Positions 1 through 9,762 of a stretch of DNA of 64,000 bases are shown in pieces. Below the pieces are notes generated by a model. It was given only the letters and a program-made list of their open reading frames with translations, made no database searches and had not been told where the DNA came from. Both the position numbers and the translations under genes were made by a program. The DNA lies in IMG/VR virus record IMGVR_UViG_3300042691_019786; one strand, 5' to 3'. Within the stretch, counting starts at the first letter, position 1; every line of letters starts with the position of its first letter. Origin of the DNA: a virus.

Positions 1-50
1 GCAATTGCAGACTTTTCACAAATTATAGATATTTATTAATAAAAATAAAA

Positions 51-677
51 ATGAATTATATTTACGTATTGAAAGACCCTATAACTGATGAAATTAAATA
101 TGTTGGTAAAAGTATTAACCCATATGATAGATGTAGGAAACATATTAGCGAAGCTAAAATTACTGGTGCTAATAATCATAGAATTAATTGGATAAAATCA
201 TTATTAAAACTTGGTTTAACCCCCAATATGGAAATAATGGATGAAATAGATGGTGAATGGGAATGGTTAGAACAATATTGGATAAGTCAATTTAAAACAT
301 GGGGTTTTAATTTAACAAATGGAACTTTTGGTGGTGAAAATCCTCCTTCATGGAAGGGTAGAACACATACTGATGAATATAAAGAAATTAGAAGAAAATT
401 AATGAAAGATAATAACCCAGCTAAAAATATGACAAATGAGTGGAAAGAAAATATTAGTAAAGCACATAAAAAAAACAAATACAATCCTATAGTAGCGTCT
501 GAGGTTAATAAGAAAAAAGTGTGTCAATTAACTTTAAGTGGTGATGTAATTAAAGTTTGGTCTTCAATAACAGACGCAGCGAAAGGTATTGGTCTTAAAA
601 GTAGTTATGGTATTGGTGCTGTATGTCGTGGTGAAAGAAATAAATCTGGTGGTTTTAAATGGAAATATTATGAATAA
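51..677 (+). CDS. GIY-YIG homing endonuclease with C-terminal NUMOD-type DNA-binding region
   Basis: N-terminal YIY..KYVGKS..R..H and EQYWI..NLTNG; C-terminal NUMOD1-like KKVCQ...SITDAAK...GGFKWKY. Confidence 0.85.
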   Translation: MNYIYVLKDPITDEIKYVGKSINPYDRCRKHISEAKITGANNHRINWIKSLLKLGLTPNMEIMDEIDGEWEWLEQYWISQFKTWGFNLTNGTFGGENPPSWKGRTHTDEYKEIRRKLMKDNNPAKNMTNEWKENISKAHKKNKYNPIVASEVNKKKVCQLTLSGDVIKVWSSITDAAKGIGLKSSYGIGAVCRGERNKSGGFKWKYYE

Positions 678-999
678 AGGTTTTGTATATCTATTACTAG
701 CGATAGATGAAAAAGGTGATGAAAAATATAAAATAGGTGTAACTAAACGTAGCATAGCTAAACGAATTTCTGAATTACAGACTGGGAACGCATATAAGAT
801 TCAATTACTTAAATTTTATAAGTCTGAAAACTACTTAAAAGTAGAACGTTTTTTACATAGAAAATATATGATAAAAACTGAAGCTGAAAATGAGTGGAGA
901 ACACTTACTGATGAACAAGTTATTTCATTTATTAAAGATTGCGAGGAAGCCGATAATAATATCAACTTCCTTTTAAAAAACAATCCTTTCTATAAATAA
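670..999 (+). CDS. GIY-YIG/T5orf172-family protein
   Basis: GFVYLL...KIGVTKRSIAKRISELQTGN...ERFLH...EW; ATG at 670 overlaps the end of the previous gene. Confidence 0.75.
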   Translation: MNKGFVYLLLAIDEKGDEKYKIGVTKRSIAKRISELQTGNAYKIQLLKFYKSENYLKVERFLHRKYMIKTEAENEWRTLTDEQVISFIKDCEEADNNINFLLKNNPFYK

Positions 1000-1239
1000 T
1001 TAAAGACTTCGAAATCTTTTAACAATCTCTTCATCTGACAACGGTGCATGTCTTTTGTACCATTTAAGTAATACTTTATCACCGTTAATTACCATATCAG
1101 AAATACCCCATTCTCGAATAATATCTTTATGATACCTAGTTTCTATAACGTTTATTACACTTCTTTTGTAATCTTCATCCCAGAAACCTAGTATTTCCAT
1201 ATTCTTCTGGTGTAATTCTAAAAATTCTTTTCCGTCCAT
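1000..1239 (-). CDS. hypothetical protein
   Basis: ORF tightly packed behind the nucleotidyltransferase. Confidence 0.55.
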   Translation of the reverse strand: MDGKEFLELHQKNMEILGFWDEDYKRSVINVIETRYHKDIIREWGISDMVINGDKVLLKWYKRHAPLSDEEIVKRFRSL

Positions 1240-1240
1240 A

Positions 1241-2416
1241 TTATAACTTGTAAAATTCTCTTCTTATTTTAACCAATAAAGTATTAACCAATTCTGGGTC
1301 AATCTTGTTTGGTAAGTCTGATTCGTCAAAGATTCTATCCATCTCTTTGATTTCAGCTTCTGCTGTATCAATAAGTGTATCTAAATCAACTTCACCACGT
1401 CTAATCGCTAACAATTCTTTAGCGTCTGGTCGTCTAACGATAATACCTTCACCTCTACCAATTTCTTTAGCCATTCTGATTAATCGCATACAATGCATCA
1501 TGTTTTTACCGTCAATCTTTTGACCATGTGCTTGTGTGTCAACATAACGCTGTTCATTTCTGTTAGCCAACCATTCTTCATACTCTTTGTAATCTTTACA
1601 ATGCATTGAGTAACCATCTTTGTTATAGATAATGTTACAGATAGGTTTTTCACCTTTTGGTATACTAGATAACCTTAATTGATTTGATTCAGCAGCGTTT
1701 GCACCTTCACCAGTCTTAACAAGACCTTTATATCCAAAACCCATAGGGTAACCTTCTTCTTTTCTCCAAGCTTTAGACTTTTCTCTAATATCTTCTGGAA
1801 TGTTTTCGTTAAAACAGTTATTAGCATCAACATCAAAGAAAACAGCATAAACATCTCTAGCGTTAGGTACGTTAGTTACACCGCAAAACTTTTCATCATA
1901 TGTACCGTTATTCCACACTTTCCATGGAATAGATTTTTCACCTTCAATAACATATACAAAGTCCAATACATCTTTACGAGTTACTTTATCTTTCTCCCAA
2001 TTCTGTTTTTTGTTAAGACCTCTAGCTTTTTGGATTTGCTGTACAGCATAACCAGCAAATGAGTTCTTACACCTTTTGGTAATAAAATCAGCCTTGTGGT
2101 CCAATACATATTGGAACAATGGATGTTTTGTGATGATACAATCTTCTGGTGTGTTAAGCAACTCTAAAACTGTAGGATTTGAGCTTCCCATTAGTTCTAA
2201 GAACCTTTTTAACTCCCAACCAGTATAGTCAGCATTAACATTCAACTGTTCAACATATCCAGTACCCAAGATATTATCAATAGGTAACATGTAAACGAAT
2301 TTTCGGTCTTCGTCAGACGTTGGTGTCTGAGTACCATAGGCTTGACTACCAATAATGCATTCAAAAAGAATCAATCCATTCTCTTTAAGGTAATCGTATG
2401 TAATTTTCTGTGTCAT
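1241..2416 (-). CDS. Pol-beta-superfamily nucleotidyltransferase (phage NrdC.11/YcgL-like)
   Basis: GSQAYGTQTPTSDED motif; NPTVLELL; C-terminal DGKNMMHCMRL...LLAIRRGE...LP; TACCTTTG promoter box at 2432-2439. Confidence 0.8.
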   Translation of the reverse strand: MTQKITYDYLKENGLILFECIIGSQAYGTQTPTSDEDRKFVYMLPIDNILGTGYVEQLNVNADYTGWELKRFLELMGSSNPTVLELLNTPEDCIITKHPLFQYVLDHKADFITKRCKNSFAGYAVQQIQKARGLNKKQNWEKDKVTRKDVLDFVYVIEGEKSIPWKVWNNGTYDEKFCGVTNVPNARDVYAVFFDVDANNCFNENIPEDIREKSKAWRKEEGYPMGFGYKGLVKTGEGANAAESNQLRLSSIPKGEKPICNIIYNKDGYSMHCKDYKEYEEWLANRNEQRYVDTQAHGQKIDGKNMMHCMRLIRMAKEIGRGEGIIVRRPDAKELLAIRRGEVDLDTLIDTAEAEIKEMDRIFDESDLPNKIDPELVNTLLVKIRREFYKL

Positions 2417-2516
2417 ATTCTTAATTTTTAACAAAGGTATGTATAATTTATTAATCTACCAAACATTAACCTATTTATTTTTTAAAATATTCTACTTATA
2501 TTTAAAATAAAACATT

Positions 2517-2660
2517 ATGACTGATATTAAAAAAATTAGTGTGGCATTGTCACCAGAGATTCTTAAACAATTAGAAGAAGGTAATTATAATAAATCCAAA
2601 TTAATCGATTCACTTCTAACTGAACACTTTAAGAAAGAAAACGAAAAAAAGATTAAATAA
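2517..2660 (+). CDS. small ribbon-helix-helix-like protein (not in ORF track)
   Basis: MTDIKKISVALSPEILKQLEEGNYNKSKLIDSLLTEHFKKENEKKIK; strand-helix-NKS-helix pattern. Confidence 0.6.
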   Translation: MTDIKKISVALSPEILKQLEEGNYNKSKLIDSLLTEHFKKENEKKIK

Positions 2661-2723
2661 AATTCGTACTAGTACGACTTTTTTAATATTTCTAGATATT
2701 TATAGATATAAACAATAAATATT

Positions 2724-2885
2724 ATGGGAAGAAAAGCAAAAACAACAGAAGAAAAGAAAGGTAAATTATCTATTACCATATCATCAGAAAACTATGACCA
2801 ACTTGTTAAAGATGGGATGAATAAGTCACAACTAATCAATTGGTTGTTAGAGCAGCATTTTAACAGTCTTAACAATGGAAAGTAA
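2724..2885 (+). CDS. small ribbon-helix-helix-like protein (not in ORF track)
   Basis: MGRKAKTTEEKKGKLSITISSENYDQLVKDGMNKSQLINWLLEQHF...; paralogue of 2517..2660; overlaps the HNH start. Confidence 0.6.
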   Translation: MGRKAKTTEEKKGKLSITISSENYDQLVKDGMNKSQLINWLLEQHFNSLNNGK

Positions 2886-3513
2886 GGTTTGCACCAACTG
2901 TGGTGAAGAAAAAGCATTGTGTGACTTCTATAAACGTTTAAATCAAACAACAGCACAGTGTAAAGAATGTATTAAATCAAACATGAGGGATAAATATAAA
3001 GAAAACCCATCTAAAGATATTGAATACAGTAGAAACTACCGAAAAGCTAACCCATTAAAAGGTCGTGAAGACGCTAAGAAATGGCGTGAGGCTAATCCAG
3101 ATAGAGATAAAGAAAATAAGGCTAAATGGTTAGCTAAGAATCCAGATTACGAGAAAGAAAGAAGTAAACGTAGACGTAAAGAAACACCACACATATTTGC
3201 ATGGCGTGATATGTTAAAAGACTCATTAAAAAGGCTAGGAAAGAAAAAAGAAGGTCATACAATAGACCTTCTTGGATATTCTGCTCTGGAATTAAAAGAA
3301 CACATAGAATCTTTATTCACCGAAGGTATGACTTGGGATAACCATGGTGAATGGCACATAGACCATATAAAACCAGTAATTACTTTCGACCCAGCAACAC
3401 CTTCTAGTGTCGTAAATGCTTTGAGTAATCTACAACCATTATGGTCTACTACAAGAGAGATAGATGGTGTTGTTTACTTAGGGAACTTAAACAAAGGAAA
3501 ATATCAATTTTAA
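2875..3513 (+). CDS. HNH endonuclease (probable homing endonuclease)
   Basis: CxxC..CKEC N-terminus; GMTWDNHGEWHIDHIKP...NLQPLW...NLNKG. Confidence 0.85.
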   Translation: MESKVCTNCGEEKALCDFYKRLNQTTAQCKECIKSNMRDKYKENPSKDIEYSRNYRKANPLKGREDAKKWREANPDRDKENKAKWLAKNPDYEKERSKRRRKETPHIFAWRDMLKDSLKRLGKKKEGHTIDLLGYSALELKEHIESLFTEGMTWDNHGEWHIDHIKPVITFDPATPSSVVNALSNLQPLWSTTREIDGVVYLGNLNKGKYQF

Positions 3514-3812
3514 TTTTTATTGGGTTTAACACCAATTGTCGGTCTTGAACGAAAACGAATAGCTAATAAATCATCTTTTGATTTTCTTAGGTGCTCATTA
3601 AAGAAATCTCGATACTCTTCTTGTTTTTCTTTTGATAATTTTTTAATCCCATATTCTTCTTCACATAATTCCATGCGTTTTAACCAAATAATATCATCAT
3701 ATGTTCTATATGGGTTAGAACTACGTCTATTTCTACGTATTTCTTCTCGTTCTTTTTCAAATGTTTTAACAATATTTAACGCATTTTGATAATCAGTCCA
3801 AGTAAAAGTCAT
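3510..3812 (-). CDS. hypothetical protein
   Basis: ORF on the dominant strand. Confidence 0.5.
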   Translation of the reverse strand: MTFTWTDYQNALNIVKTFEKEREEIRRNRRSSNPYRTYDDIIWLKRMELCEEEYGIKKLSKEKQEEYRDFFNEHLRKSKDDLLAIRFRSRPTIGVKPNKN

Positions 3813-3855
3813 AATATGTGAATTGGTTTAATAAAAATTACTATAAGCGTTCTAC

Positions 3856-4089
3856 TTATTTTTTAAAAAGTATAAAAAATACTGTATGACCATCCTCAAA
3901 ATTTTCAATTATTTCAAAATCTGTATATTCATCTGAATATTCATCAATTACTTTTTCTATTTTTTTAAACAACTCACTACCTATATTGTAGTCAAGTAGT
4001 ACAATATCATCTAATTTTACTTTAACAACTTTATCTTTTTTAAGTTGTTCTAGTTTAAGTTTCAATACGTTTTTAAATATTTGTTTCAT
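3856..4089 (-). CDS. hypothetical protein
   Basis: ORF with a TAnnTTTG box upstream. Confidence 0.5.
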   Translation of the reverse strand: MKQIFKNVLKLKLEQLKKDKVVKVKLDDIVLLDYNIGSELFKKIEKVIDEYSDEYTDFEIIENFEDGHTVFFILFKK

Positions 4090-4159
4090 TTTATTTAAGT
4101 TTTAAATTTATAAGACAAAGATACTAATATTATTTCAATTTGTCAAGCTTTTATTATTT

Positions 4160-4366
4160 TTAATTCATTAAACCAACGTAATCTTTGTTAACGTTTAATT
4201 GTTCAATATAACCAGTCCCTAAGATGTAATCTTGTGGTAGGATATATACAAACTTTTTGTCAACGTCAGACGTTGGTGTTTGGGTTCCGTATGCTTGAGA
4301 GCCGATAATACATTCAAATAAAATCAACCCATTCTTTTCTAAAAATTCGTGTGTAATCTTTTCCAT
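4160..4366 (-). pseudogene. truncated N-terminal copy of the nucleotidyltransferase at 1241..2416
   Basis: NGLILFECIIGSQAYGTQTPTSD is identical in both copies; the fragment stops shortly after ...EQLNVNKDYVG. Confidence 0.85.
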
Positions 4367-4367
4367 T

Positions 4368-4562
4368 TTATTTTCTACCTAAAGTTAAATTTTTCTCAAC
4401 TCGTATTTCACTATTCTTCAATGTCCAAATCTCACCGTTATCCATAGCACATGTAAACATCAAATCATGTTCTTGTGAATAATCTATAACCAAAAAAGCA
4501 TAACCTTTCATGTTATCTGATACCCTTATAATCGGTATTGTTGGATTTAATTGTAACATCAT
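4368..4562 (-). CDS. hypothetical protein
   Basis: packed ORF. Confidence 0.55.
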   Translation of the reverse strand: MMLQLNPTIPIIRVSDNMKGYAFLVIDYSQEHDLMFTCAMDNGEIWTLKNSEIRVEKNLTLGRK

Positions 4563-4563
4563 A

Positions 4564-5193
4564 CTAGTCCCACCATTTTCTAATATTGTCAGCTAAAATC
4601 TTAAACAATAATCTATGACATCTTTCTTGATTCTCATGTGCAATCTCCATTGCATAGATTTGTTTATTTTTAGCTTCATCATCGTATCTAGTAAATCTAG
4701 ATAATTCACCACTGACAGCTTTTTTATATTGTCTTGGGTATTTCTTAAAGAACTCATCGAAATTCTCTGATAATTCATCGCTTTTCCATTCGTATGTTTT
4801 TTCACCAGCAAATTCTTTATCGCTTTCAACAAAATAATGTTTACTCTTATGGTAATCCATATATTCCATGTTGTAAGTTTCATCTTGTTCTAATTCAATT
4901 AGTCTAGCGACAAGATTCATAATTTCAGCATCACGTTTTGCACTAGTATGGAAATCTCTTTCAGCAATATATTTTGCTTGTCTTTTGATTTTAAATTTTA
5001 AAACCTCAAAGATATAATGGTCGTCCCAATCTCTGTCTTTCCATATAATTGGAAACCACGATATCAAATTTTTAACGCTAATCACAAAGTTACGTGGGTA
5101 ATATCTAAGGTCTTGTAACCACCATCTTATTTTATCAAACATTGTTGATTTGTAATCATCAAAATCAATAATTTCTTTTACTTTATCTTCCAT
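4564..5193 (-). CDS. phage hypothetical protein
   Basis: WFPIIWKDRDWD...WWD; ends in TAG. Confidence 0.6.
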   Translation of the reverse strand: MEDKVKEIIDFDDYKSTMFDKIRWWLQDLRYYPRNFVISVKNLISWFPIIWKDRDWDDHYIFEVLKFKIKRQAKYIAERDFHTSAKRDAEIMNLVARLIELEQDETYNMEYMDYHKSKHYFVESDKEFAGEKTYEWKSDELSENFDEFFKKYPRQYKKAVSGELSRFTRYDDEAKNKQIYAMEIAHENQERCHRLLFKILADNIRKWWD

Positions 5194-5194
5194 A

Positions 5195-6091
5195 TTAATT
5201 TTCACTTATTTCGATATATATTTCACTAATTTGTTTAAACTCTTTCATTATATCACGTTTCATTTCTTCAACAGTGTCTTCAACGTTATATACTTTCATA
5301 AAGTCATCACCATTTATTGATATCAATAACAAATAGTTATTTTTACCCATCGTCATTGTTTTTATTCTATTTACATGTGTTACCAACTCAAAATCGCTAA
5401 TTATTTCTTTGATACGCACTCTATCTTTTCTAGGCATACTTTCACCAATAATCAACTTACGTAATTCATTCACTAACGAGTATGAAACATAACACAACGT
5501 CATACCTACCATTATACTACCTATACCATCAAATATTGGTAACCAAATAGCTAAACACGTACAAATAAACGCTATTGCTAAACCAATCAATGCCGCTGCA
5601 TCTTCCAATAGTATCACTATTAAGTTAATATCAACTGATTTCTTTATTGCTTTAAAAAATGACGCTTTGGATGTTTTACGCAATTCTTTTAATGCAACAT
5701 AAAAAGATTTAGCTTCAATTATTAATGATATACCTAATACAGCTAACGCCCATGTAACATGTTGTACTGGTTCTGGATTACCAATTTTATGAATCCCTTC
5801 ATAAAATGAATATGCAGCACCACCAAAAAACAATAATATTGCAACCATAAACCCCCAAAAATACTCTTCACGACCATAACCAAACGGGTGTAACTCATCG
5901 TTTTCTTTTTTGGTTCTTTTATTACCAATCAATAAAAATATTTGGTTTAAACAATCTGCACTAGAGTGGATAGCTTCAGCCATCATTGACGCACTTTTAG
6001 TGAAAAACGCTGCAATAAATTTTAAGATAGTAATTAAACCGTTACCAGTTAAAGCAACCATCACCGCTTTTGTTGAATTTGAACTACTCAT
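5195..6091 (-). CDS. cation diffusion facilitator (CDF) transporter
   Basis: SASMMAEAIHSSADCLNQ, HPFGYGREEY, EDAAAL; about 6 hydrophobic segments plus a cytoplasmic C-terminal domain. Confidence 0.9.
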   Translation of the reverse strand: MSSSNSTKAVMVALTGNGLITILKFIAAFFTKSASMMAEAIHSSADCLNQIFLLIGNKRTKKENDELHPFGYGREEYFWGFMVAILLFFGGAAYSFYEGIHKIGNPEPVQHVTWALAVLGISLIIEAKSFYVALKELRKTSKASFFKAIKKSVDINLIVILLEDAAALIGLAIAFICTCLAIWLPIFDGIGSIMVGMTLCYVSYSLVNELRKLIIGESMPRKDRVRIKEIISDFELVTHVNRIKTMTMGKNNYLLLISINGDDFMKVYNVEDTVEEMKRDIMKEFKQISEIYIEISEN

Positions 6092-6138
6092 TATTTAATT
6101 TTTAAATTTATAATACAAATGTATAAATCATTTTTGAC

Positions 6139-6681
6139 TTATGCAAATTTTATGAAACCTTTTTTAATTAAATCGTGAATATATGATGAATGGTGAATGT
6201 TTTTCTCATTTGCATACCCAATTGACATGTGCATTCCGAAATATGGTCTACCCAAACCTAATTCATCTCTAATTGATTGGAGTTGTTCTCTTTCTTCATG
6301 TGGAATGTTTAACCACCAATGTTCTGAGTTGGTTCTAGGGTCTAAGTCTAAGACTATATCAATTTTTTTACCATCCCATTTTTTCTTAACTTCTTCCCAT
6401 TTAGCTTCAACTTCTTCTGCTGACAACACACCGTTTTGTGATAAATCTTTCATACTATCGTTGATAAATGAAATGTGAGCACCACGTAGCGGTTTGTTTA
6501 ATATAAGATTGTATCTTTTCTTGATGAACCATGCATAATATTCAGCAACGTCACCATCAAAAAATACCATAGCAATCTTCTTCCAAGAAGATTGGTTAGA
6601 ATGTTTCTTAGTTCGGTCCTCTGGCTCGAACCCAATAGTTCCAGATAATGTTATTCTTCCTTGCATTTTCTCTTCGTTCAT
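6139..6681 (-). CDS. 2H phosphoesterase-family protein
   Basis: two HxS motifs (AHISFI, MHMSIG) with typical spacing. Confidence 0.7.
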   Translation of the reverse strand: MNEEKMQGRITLSGTIGFEPEDRTKKHSNQSSWKKIAMVFFDGDVAEYYAWFIKKRYNLILNKPLRGAHISFINDSMKDLSQNGVLSAEEVEAKWEEVKKKWDGKKIDIVLDLDPRTNSEHWWLNIPHEEREQLQSIRDELGLGRPYFGMHMSIGYANEKNIHHSSYIHDLIKKGFIKFA

Positions 6682-7180
6682 AACTTGTGGTTATAAATCC
6701 TTTTTGTGGTGAAAAATTCATTGGATTATAGATTGTTTGTGTTGGTTCCAAACCAACACATTCCAATAACTCAAAAAATTCATCTTTCTTTTTAATTTGA
6801 CCTCTTAAATCTTTAAGTATTTGTGCATCAATCTCTTTAGCTATCTCATCACTTAATAATTTGATAAGTTCAGCTTCGGCATCCATGATACCATATCGTT
6901 GTAAATCAGTTATTCTTTCTTCTGACCATACAGCATTTATCCTTTTAGTTCCAAGTGATAGCTTATATGCGTTTTCATCATAACCTTTTGAAAAATACCA
7001 TTTTTTGATTACTTCTTGAGTAAAGTCTACTTCATGGTTAAATATTTTAACTAGATATTGTAATAAATTAAAACCCCATTCTTGAGTGTCATCATATTTG
7101 ATTATAAAGACACCTTCTTTTACGTGATAATATTTATCTAAATACCTAGTAATTTCTTGTTCTTTCTCAAAATCTTCCAT
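6608..7180 (-). CDS. hypothetical protein containing a gp23 major-capsid-like segment
   Basis: KRINAVWSEE..DLQ.YG..DAEAELIKLLSDEIAKEIDAQILKDLR resembles the T4-type capsid spine helix. Confidence 0.55.
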   Translation of the reverse strand: MEDFEKEQEITRYLDKYYHVKEGVFIIKYDDTQEWGFNLLQYLVKIFNHEVDFTQEVIKKWYFSKGYDENAYKLSLGTKRINAVWSEERITDLQRYGIMDAEAELIKLLSDEIAKEIDAQILKDLRGQIKKKDEFFELLECVGLEPTQTIYNPMNFSPQKGFITTSYERRENARKNNIIWNYWVRARGPN

Positions 7181-7220
7181 GTTTAATTATAAAGAAGATT
7201 TTGAGAAAAATCAATAGTTT

Positions 7221-7700
7221 TTAGTTAATAATCTCTGTTTCATGTTTTATACCATACTCATCATAATAGTATAAATCAACACCTTCAAAAACCAAGAACG
7301 AATATTCAGTAACAGACATTACACATTCAGAAAAATAACCACTATATTTTTTATACTCGTTTTCTTCTTCAGTGTTATCATTTTCTTCTTCATCGTCTTC
7401 ATCATAATAGTCATCAAACATAACCGTAGTTAAAAATTTATAATCATCTTCAGTGATTTGTCCTTCTTCAAAATGTTTATAAATTCTATCATCTTCTAAC
7501 ATAACACCCCAGTGACCTTTTGTTGGTGTAAGTTTGTTTATTAATGTTACAAAACGCTCAACAATATCTGCATCTTCTATTGATGCCGTCATTTCTTCTT
7601 CAGTGTGACCTCTACCATCACCAATCATGTAACTAAACTCCAATAAATAACATGGATTTTGTTTTTTCTTCTTTTTCTTTTTTTCTACTACTTTTATCAT
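7221..7700 (-). CDS. acidic hypothetical protein
   Basis: ORF. Confidence 0.55.
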   Translation of the reverse strand: MIKVVEKKKKKKKQNPCYLLEFSYMIGDGRGHTEEEMTASIEDADIVERFVTLINKLTPTKGHWGVMLEDDRIYKHFEEGQITEDDYKFLTTVMFDDYYDEDDEEENDNTEEENEYKKYSGYFSECVMSVTEYSFLVFEGVDLYYYDEYGIKHETEIIN

Positions 7701-7712
7701 ATACTTTAAAAA

Positions 7713-8426
7713 TTAAGCTAATTTCAATGGTCTTAAATATTCTCTTAGGAACGCATTAACTGGTCCACCAATTTTTTCTTCCCATTGTTTATAATTCTTA
7801 GCATTTTTCTCTTCCAATTGAGATAAAGCTTTCTCTGATGGCTTGTGTCTACTCCATGGTAACGTTTCTGGTACAAAGTCTGGATATAACGTTCTGTTAA
7901 ACACCCTTTCATCAACTAAGAAAACAAACGCTGTTAATTGGTCACCCAAATCTGGTTCATGAAACTCTTGCAACAACACACCAGCTTCACGCATAGTTTG
8001 CATGTGTCTATTCAAAGTTCCCAATCTTTCTGGGTTGTTGTTTGTTGTACCACCGTTAAGAATAATAAATGTTTTATCTTTATCAGCCCATTTGTTATAT
8101 ATTTGTTGATGTGGTTTTAACCCTTCAACAGTTCTACCATAATCAACGACAGCGTGACCAAATTGGATTCCTTGTTGAATCGGGGACATGTTATACGGAA
8201 CCAACCCATACATTCTACGTTCTAAGTACATTTCACTCTTACGTGGTGTTGAATCAGCTTTAACTTTACATAACCCTAAACGTCTGTAAAACTCTTGCAC
8301 ATCAATTTTTTCTTCATAATACGATTCTTCGTAAAATGCCATAGATGTGTCCCATGATGAAATGTCTAATATTCTAACATTTGCATCTAAACACCATTCA
8401 TATCCAGTTTTTAATATCTTTTCCAT
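7713..8426 (-). CDS. Pth2-like peptidyl-tRNA hydrolase domain protein
   Basis: MYGLV..MSPIQQGIQFGHA...KTFIIL...FHEPDLGDQLTA. Confidence 0.6.
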   Translation of the reverse strand: MEKILKTGYEWCLDANVRILDISSWDTSMAFYEESYYEEKIDVQEFYRRLGLCKVKADSTPRKSEMYLERRMYGLVPYNMSPIQQGIQFGHAVVDYGRTVEGLKPHQQIYNKWADKDKTFIILNGGTTNNNPERLGTLNRHMQTMREAGVLLQEFHEPDLGDQLTAFVFLVDERVFNRTLYPDFVPETLPWSRHKPSEKALSQLEEKNAKNYKQWEEKIGGPVNAFLREYLRPLKLA

Positions 8427-9733
8427 TAATTTCCTATTTCAATTAAATGTGATACAGTACATTGTGCTGAGTTATATACTATATATTCGTTATTTCTTAG
8501 GTCAGCGCCACCTTTTGCAAACACACTATCAAATCCTTCATTATCTAACACTTTCTTAGATAACTTATAACAGCTTGAGTCATGGTGCAATATTTCTTTT
8601 TGTTTACCCAAATGCACATCAAACAATGCCAAAAACGCTTTGTTATCACCACCATGAGCCCAATAAGAACCTCTTAACGATGTGTAACCAATAGATTTTT
8701 GTGCTTTGTCAGCAAAGTAGATACCATCACCAAACATTGACCCAGTATGTACCGCACCAGATGGTCTGATAAGTAACCCAGTTTGTAAAATGTTAAACCA
8801 GTTCTCATTTCTTGACCCATGCCAGTATAGTCTACGTTTCTTAACTTCAACTTTATCCATGTGTTTATCAAATATTTTTTGTGTTTTGTTGTTAACAACC
8901 TTGAACACACGTTTCATTTGATTCACATTTGGACCCATCAATTTTTTGATAAGTTCAAGCGTTTCAGTATCATTTTCAACCTCAATAGATAATCCCATTT
9001 GGTCTAAGATAGTAACTTCAGATACTTCTTCTTTTTTACCTTCAGCTTCAGCCTCAGCAGCTTTCTTAGCAGCTTCTCTTTGTTGTTTAATCAACTCAAC
9101 TTGACCAGCCATTGTATCCAACGCTGATTGTTCGTTATCAATCAATCTTTGTGCGTTAGTCAAACTAACATCATTACTAATCTCTCTAAACAAATGGTCT
9201 TTTACGTTATCCATTCTTCTAGGGATAATTGTATAAAGTTTCAATAACATATCATTGATATGTTTGATATCTACACCAATAGCAATCAATCCACTAATGT
9301 TAGTGATAATCTCTTGTGCAGCGGTAACTTGTTGTTCCGATACAGCTTCTTGCGTTACCTTATAGTTACGTTGGATTGATTTGTTGGCAAATGACATCAA
9401 TTCATCAACCAATTTACGCACAATCTCATCTTTGATATTTGCAACTTTATTATCAACTGGTTTTGATTCATCCACAACTGGTTCAGCCAACAAATCAGTT
9501 ACATCTGTATAACCTTTTGTTTTTGATAGTTTTTGTTTCAACACACTATCCCATTTTGAACTAGGTTTATATTCAGTTGTTAAAGACTTGCCAACACGAC
9601 CATATTCACATTTGATACGGCCATCTGATAATTCTTCCATAATATAAACTTTATTACTTTGGCTGGTCAAACCATTATCAACTGATACATGTATCAGTTT
9701 TGCGTATCTTAAACCGTTCTCTTTTACTATCAT
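8426..9733 (-). CDS. WGR-domain PARP-like ADP-ribosyltransferase
   Basis: NKVY...YGRVG (WGR); LYTIIP regulatory domain; catalytic H-Y-E triad in WHGSR, GIYFA..KSIGY, NNEYIVY. Confidence 0.9.
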   Translation of the reverse strand: MIVKENGLRYAKLIHVSVDNGLTSQSNKVYIMEELSDGRIKCEYGRVGKSLTTEYKPSSKWDSVLKQKLSKTKGYTDVTDLLAEPVVDESKPVDNKVANIKDEIVRKLVDELMSFANKSIQRNYKVTQEAVSEQQVTAAQEIITNISGLIAIGVDIKHINDMLLKLYTIIPRRMDNVKDHLFREISNDVSLTNAQRLIDNEQSALDTMAGQVELIKQQREAAKKAAEAEAEGKKEEVSEVTILDQMGLSIEVENDTETLELIKKLMGPNVNQMKRVFKVVNNKTQKIFDKHMDKVEVKKRRLYWHGSRNENWFNILQTGLLIRPSGAVHTGSMFGDGIYFADKAQKSIGYTSLRGSYWAHGGDNKAFLALFDVHLGKQKEILHHDSSCYKLSKKVLDNEGFDSVFAKGGADLRNNEYIVYNSAQCTVSHLIEIGN

Positions 9734-9762
9734 ACTTCAATATTTTATACAAATTTACTAAT

